A stretch of DNA of 63,977 bases, filler included, from Cercozoa sp. M6MM (Eukaryota; Protista; Endomyxa: Ascetosporea), in the NCBI GenBank assembly GCA_040357565.1. It is 11 parts of 11 records of this genome, joined end to end, with 100 filler letters (N's around TTAATTAATTAA, not from the genome) between each part and the next. Parts side by side here need not be neighbours in the genome. Positions count along the whole stretch, not along the records: positions 58,296 to 62,793 come from JBDODJ010001123.1; positions 62,894 to 63,977 come from JBDODJ010002188.1; 9 more parts are not named here. The stretch is one strand, 5' to 3'. The stretch's first letter is position 1. Every line of letters starts with the position of its first letter. Positions 58,537 through 63,977 of this stretch are shown piece after piece. Below the pieces are notes generated by a model. It worked only from the letters and a program-made list of their open reading frames with translations. It ran no database searches and was not told where the DNA came from. The translations under genes and the position numbers were made by a program.

Positions 58537-59735
58537 TTTACAACTAAGTTTACACCCAAATACTGCGAAAGTCTAGAATGCAATGCCAGAGGCAGACTCA
58601 GGACTCCCAACTGCAAGGGCAAACAACGGCTACAAAAAAACAAACGCGAAGTAAGCCAGTGCCCCGACTGCGCTGGTATCTGGGAAAATGCAGAAGACAC
58701 TCTCGACACATACCACCGATTGCTGGAATGCAAGGTAACAGAAGCTATCAGAAACAACACCAATGCGGTTCAATGGCGCACAATTGAAGACATACCTCCA
58801 ACCCTGAGAACCTAGCAACACTCAGCAGAATGCGCCAAGGCACCAAGATCTCCTGGGACGAGGAAGCAACTGTCGAAGGACAACTAGCCTCCCAGCAGGC
58901 ACTGGACCGAGAGGTCCCCGACATAGACTAGGCCACCACTCACAGCAGTGGTGGCCCTAAGTCTATGTCCGTTTGTCTGTTTTGTTTAGGTATCGAGTGG
59001 AGAGACGGGAGGACGACGACGGGACGACCCGACGCCGCCTGCGACGCCTCTCTACTTGTAGCCCGCTACCTGCACCAACCATGAAGTCGACTTCGATGTC
59101 TGGGGAACGTCAAAAGGGGAGCTGTATGGTCCTACCCTAAGCGGGCGGTAGACACGGCCATGCTCTTGTGCAGAGGAACTACATAGTTGGTTTCCTAGAA
59201 GACTTAACTAACTAACTAAACTTAGAGCTAAGCATAGCAGATCGGGAACTTTTGGTTGTTCCTCACACACCTGTCTCTACATACAGAGCATTGTGACTGC
59301 AGCTTTTGAAACACTCTGAAACGCACCTTCTCCGCTCGAACTCCAGGGTGCGCTCCACTTCGCTCAGCGTCGCGGCATCGACTCCAGTTTCAAACAATTG
59401 AAAAACGAGTTCGGCTTTTTTCAAACAATTGAAAAACGAGTTTGGCTTAGCTTGTGCTGTCAGCGACACCACGGGTTTACCGAAACGCTGTCAGCGACGC
59501 CAGCGCAAACGCCTTGTGCTGTCAGCGTCTCCCAGAAAAGGGTAAGGCGTTTGCGTTGGGTTTGTGTTTGTGATTTTGTGATTTTGGTGATTGTTCAGAG
59601 TCGCGATCGATCTTCGCGTTTCCGGAATCCCCGAAGCTCGAAGAATGGCTTCATAAAGGAGAGTTGTTGCTCTTAGGGGGCATCTTGGTCGCCGGAGCTG
59701 GTGCTGCCTTGAAGATATCTCCCGTCAGGATGACG

Positions 59736-62170
59736 GTGGGCGGTTGGGCCGGGAGATCTAGCACGCCATACGCCATTACGTCAGTAGTTCAGTAAACTGA
59801 ATGTCAATTTAAATAAAATCGTGTAAAGGCAAGTTCTGTGTTACAGCATGAACTACTGTATCCGCGCGGAAGCAACCCTACAACTTAAAAAATCCTCAAA
59901 CACAGGTGTTCCACAGTTGGACTGAAGCTCTCAGTCGGTCAAGATACCAGCGAGCACACGTCAAAAATCTTCCACACCTCTCTTGAGTAGGGAAGCCTTG
60001 AGCAAGCTTTTTGCAGCTGAACTCAAAGAAGGGCTCTCTCTCTCGACCAGGTAAATTTAAACTTAATCTGATCTCTCCAGGACCATTGTCTTCGCTCCTA
60101 CCTGCCCTCTGCCTTTCCAGGGGCCCTTCTCTTTTTTACTTCCAACTCCCGTCCACCATCAGTGCTTTGCCGCCCAACTGAACCGTTGGGGTAACTCACT
60201 CTTTCAAACTGACACTTGGCCACTCTTCCAAGAACAGACTTTCTTACGTTCCTTAGTTTTTTTTGTATCACTGGCAAAGTACCCTCAATTTACCAAGGTC
60301 TGATCCCTATCTGAGAGGGCTGCGGGAACATCAGAGGGCAAATTTTGTGTGGGGGGCGGGCCCCCCCGCCACGAAAAAGCAATGTATCGACCAAGGACGA
60401 CTTCCTTCGGTCGAGATCCAGTGGATCTCTTTTTTCACTACTGATTCCACCATTGCTTTGTGCCGCAAATGTTACAGCATGTCTACTGTATCCGCGCATG
60501 ATATACCCATTTGGACAATTGCATCTTGTGGCAGTGCAGAAGTGCTTTGAGCGCCTCATTTTTTGTTGGCAGCTCTCTGTGTCGTGTAGCTGACTTCGTT
60601 TCCTTGTCCAGGCTGCGAGTTATGCACACGACTCTGCGAAGAACGCCTTCCCGAGCGGCGACAGTAATATCTACCCCAAAAAGGGTGATGGCTACTCAAG
60701 TGGCCACTCGAGTGGCCATTCGACTTGTAAGTACCGCCCGTGGACAACGCGGCCTTAATTAAAGGAGCGCCGAGACGACCTCGAGAGAGAGAATATGCAG
60801 TTTCATAAGAGACTTTCTTTTGCGAGTGTAACAAGACGAAACCGTTACTAGCCCTCTCTTATAGGGCCTACGTCTTGTTTCTTGTGATAAACAAAGAGTA
60901 CGTTGCTTCCTACAATATTCTTCAAGGGCTCTCAGTTCCCAATTCCTTGCAAGTTAAGACCTGCCCCTGGCTCAACTCTTGCAGTGGTGGAGAATCCGGG
61001 TTGCTTTTGCTCTTGCAAAATATTGTTTCCTTTGCTTTTCGGATTTTTTCTGGCAACCCTCCAACCACACCCAGTTTCACGTATCTCACCTCTGATTCTG
61101 GTTCGATCCAAGCGATCCAAGCTATCTCCTTCCAACCGCTTTGGCTAGCCCTGTGCTCCCAATTCAGTTGCGACAGGCAGATCAGTTTCCTTTGGCTTTT
61201 ACCTTGTTTCAACGATAGGTCGCTCTCACAGCTCCTGAATAGAACAAGGAACGAAAAGCAAGAGCTTGCCTCACCTGTCCATGATGGAGGTGGAACACCA
61301 CTCTGATCCATTGTCGGCTCCCACTTCTGGACCCCGTCCATGGAGTGAGTGGCCGGCAGTGAACGATAGCGGTCTGGACATCAACCGCTTGCTGCGACAC
61401 CTACCCTTGTACCTGGAAAAGCTCCGCACAGCGGTCTTTACCGAGTACTCGCTGCAGATCCCTGAGCAAATGCACGAGTGGCTTACACAGGATGACCTTA
61501 CGCAGGAGGTAACTCAAGCCATCTCTCTCGGTCAGCTTCTCCATGCCGGAGAATGAAAAAGGTTTGTTTCGTGGTCAGTTTTGTTTTTTGACCATGATGC
61601 CGTTTTTTAGGACTGTCGCTGAGCCGGGTCCTCACGTCCTTGTATTGCTTATTGGTATTGCTTATTCCTATTTGGTGCAGCCACGGTGTGATACAGCAGT
61701 CAATGTAAAACTGACTTATCTCTGTTGGTTTAGCTGGCACGTAAGTTTACGCGCGCGTGGGAGAACAGTAAATCTACCCATGATTTTTGCGTGTGGGCGG
61801 TTGGGCCGGGAGATCTAGCACGCCATTCCGTCAGTAGTTCAGTAAACTGAATGTCAATTTAAATAAAATCGTGTAAAGGCAAGTTCCAGAGGCCACCAAA
61901 ATGCAATGTATCGACCAAGGACGGCTTCCTTCGGTCGAGATCCAGTGGCTCTCCTTTCCACTACTGATTCAACCATTGCTTTGCGCCGCAAATGTTACAG
62001 CATGATCTACTGTATCCGCGGGGAAGCCACTTCCAGACGTTAAGAACCCTCAAGAGAGGCGTGAAAGATGTTGCGTTGACGTTTCACGGTCCTTAGTTTT
62101 TTTTTTTGACTCAACCATTGCTTTGTGCCGCAGTCATGCTACAGCATGATCTACTGGTTGATCCGTGCGG
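59736..62170. mobile_element. Mosaic cluster of family A repeat fragments (degenerate TE region)
   Basis: Direct repeats at about 59736-59836 and 61793-61886, about 60379-60497 and 61903-62020, and 59842-60324 matching 1657-2197. No recognisable transposase or RT motif. Confidence 0.6.
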
Positions 62171-62225
62171 TGGAACTTCAAAACAAGAACGAGATCATCG
62201 CATCGAGCGCCAGGACCCATGTAAA

Positions 62226-62732
62226 CTATTGCAGCTGTCGCAGGAGCTTGCGTCGCCGGTTGCCACGCCGGTTGCGTCGCTGCTGGAGTCGCTTGCGCGG
62301 CGCGAGCAGCAAGTCGCGCTGCTGCGTCGAGTGACGCTGGTGCTCGAGTCGCTGCACGACGACGTGCGCCTGCAGAGCGACCAGTTGCTGCTGCAGCTGC
62401 TGCTGCGTCAGTGTGCGTGCCAGCACAGGCGCACCTGACAGCAACGGCGGTGCCGGTGTCTCGGTGCTCTCGGGTGGCACTGGGCCCAGTACCTGCTGCT
62501 GCTGCTGCTGCTGTTGTTGGGTGCGTCGCTTTCGACGTCGTCGTCGGCGCTTCTTCTTGGGCGGCTCCACTCTCTCCGTCTCTGTCTGTGCCTGTGTCTG
62601 TGTCTGTGTTTGTGTCTGTGCCTGTGTTTGTGTCTGTGCCTGTGTTTGTGTCTTGCTAGTGTTCTGTGTCTCAACTGTCTCCGCTTCTTCTCCTTCTTCT
62701 GGCACTGGCTGGCGTGGCCGTTTCTTGCCCAC
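62226..62732 (-). CDS. Last exon of an unidentified low-complexity, probably nuclear protein
   Basis: Acceptor TTAG, then GKKRPR..., a TQ repeat, PKKKRRRRRRKRR, poly-Q and TAG. Confidence 0.5.
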   Translation of the reverse strand: MGKKRPRQPVPEEGEEAETVETQNTSKTQTQAQTQTQAQTQTQTQTQAQTETERVEPPKKKRRRRRRKRRTQQQQQQQQQVLGPVPPESTETPAPPLLSGAPVLARTLTQQQLQQQLVALQAHVVVQRLEHQRHSTQQRDLLLAPRKRLQQRRNRRGNRRRKLLRQLQ

Positions 62733-62893
62733 TAACGATATACATATATTATCTAGAATGTATACAGAACATATACACACATATATATATATANNNNNNN
62801 NNNNNNNNNNNNNNNNNNNNNNNNNNNNNNNNNNNNNTTAATTAATTAANNNNNNNNNNNNNNNNNNNNNNNNNNNNNNNNNNNNNNNNNNNN

Positions 62894-63906
62894 TGGAGGC
62901 ACGTGTCGACTGGCTGTCCTCGGTACCTTTGCCTCTGTGTGACTGGGGTGACACGTGCTCACTGGGTGACACGTGCTCACTCACTTGGCACGTGTGCGGC
63001 TCGACAGGTGCCGATGGAGAAACGCGCCGACGCAGTGAAACACTTTGTGCGCCGCTGTCTGCTGGTACTGTGGCGTCCCACCTTGTTCGACTGTCCTACT
63101 CTACTACCTACTACCTACTACCTACTGTCTGACTGACTGACTGACTGACTGACTGACTGACTGAACAAGTTTGTTGCTTGCTGCAGCCACGTGTGCGTCT
63201 GTCGCCGTCGGATGCTCTGTACCTGCCTGTCCTACTGCTGTCTATATGTGCATATACATGTATATATATGTGTGTGTATATACATAGATATACATATATA
63301 TGTATACATATAGATATACACATGTATACATATACATGTATGTATGTGTGTGACAGCTTCTGCTCGCGGTTCCTGCAGTTCGCCTTCCGCGCGGACTCGT
63401 CGCTCCCGTAGGCTGACCTGTGACCCTTCCGCGCGGAGCCTTTTCCCCCCCCCCCCCCTGGTCTGGTGTGCGCAGAGTCTTTGTGGTGGCGCGCCGCGTT
63501 TTGTCGCAACTGTCGCGCGCTCTCTGCGCCTGGTCCGAGGATGAGGTGCCTCTGCCTGTGTGCATATGTGTGTGTGTGTATGTGTGTGTGTGTATGTATG
63601 TATGTATGTATGTATGTATGTATGCATGTATGTATGTAGGTATGTATGTAGGTATGTGTGTATGTATGTAGGTATGTATGTATGTTTGTATGTATGTTTG
63701 TATGTGTGTATGTTTGTATGTCTGCCTATGCCTATGCCTATGCCTATGCCTATCCCTATGCCTGTGCCTATGCCTGTGCCTATGCCTATGCCTATGCCTA
63801 TATGCCTATATGCCTATATGCCTATGCCTGCATGTGTCTGTGTGAGTCGGCAGGTGCGCAACCTGGCGCGCTTCGTGGGCGACCTGCTGCCTTGGATGCA
63901 GCTGCA
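62894..63906 (+). CDS. THOC2: THO complex subunit 2, internal fragment
   Basis: Spliced VKHFVRRCLLPRVRLSPSDALFCSRFL...LCAWSEDEVRNLARFVGDLL matches the Tho2 C-terminal domain pattern (FLQxCxxPR...DAxYCARF...TENEAxxxGRFL). Confidence 0.8.
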
Positions 63907-63977
63907 GGTCACGCGCCTGCTCGGCGCCGCCGACGACGAGTGGGCCTGCTCTTACCCCCCTTCTTACCCCCCCCCCC

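Noticed and set aside
60689-60724. 18-bp palindrome TGGCCACTCGAGTGGCCA
   Set aside because: Arises from a 12-bp tandem unit made of two short palindromes; no other support.
60922-61556. ORFs inside the repeat cluster as a transposase or RT
   Set aside because: No DDE, YxDD, HUH or tyrosine-recombinase motif was recognisable.

Overview
Eukaryotic nuclear DNA from a compact, extremely intron-rich protist-like genome. The window is 11 contigs joined by ten artificial 100-nt linkers (44N-TTAATTAATTAA-44N), so adjacency across linkers has no meaning. Most six-frame ORFs are artefacts of intronic microsatellites; gene models here were spliced by hand using GT-AG introns, and TAA, TAG and TGA all act as stops. 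Recognisable genes: DDX55/Spb4-like helicase, an RS-CSD-RS protein, SEC22, AP-1 gamma adaptin, an MCT transporter, an organellar RF2-like factor, EMC1, a tetraspanin, alpha-actinin, ALG13, CAND1, glutamate 5-kinase, ADA2, PS synthase, a CHD-like fragment, WASP, ferredoxin, biotin ligase, transaldolase, listerin (LTN1) and THOC2. A repeat-rich, gene-poor contig lies at 58.3-62.2 kb. Best novel candidate: the ribosome-quality-control ligase LTN1 carries an in-frame N-terminal module matching the helix-turn-helix of DRG/Rbg GTPases. Also notable: an RF2 homologue lacking the SPF stop-recognition motif, an Rpa14-like small protein, a five-TM tetraspanin, about 54 introns in CAND1, and a 93-bp inversion between two repeat copies. 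All homology calls are from recalled family motifs, not database searches.
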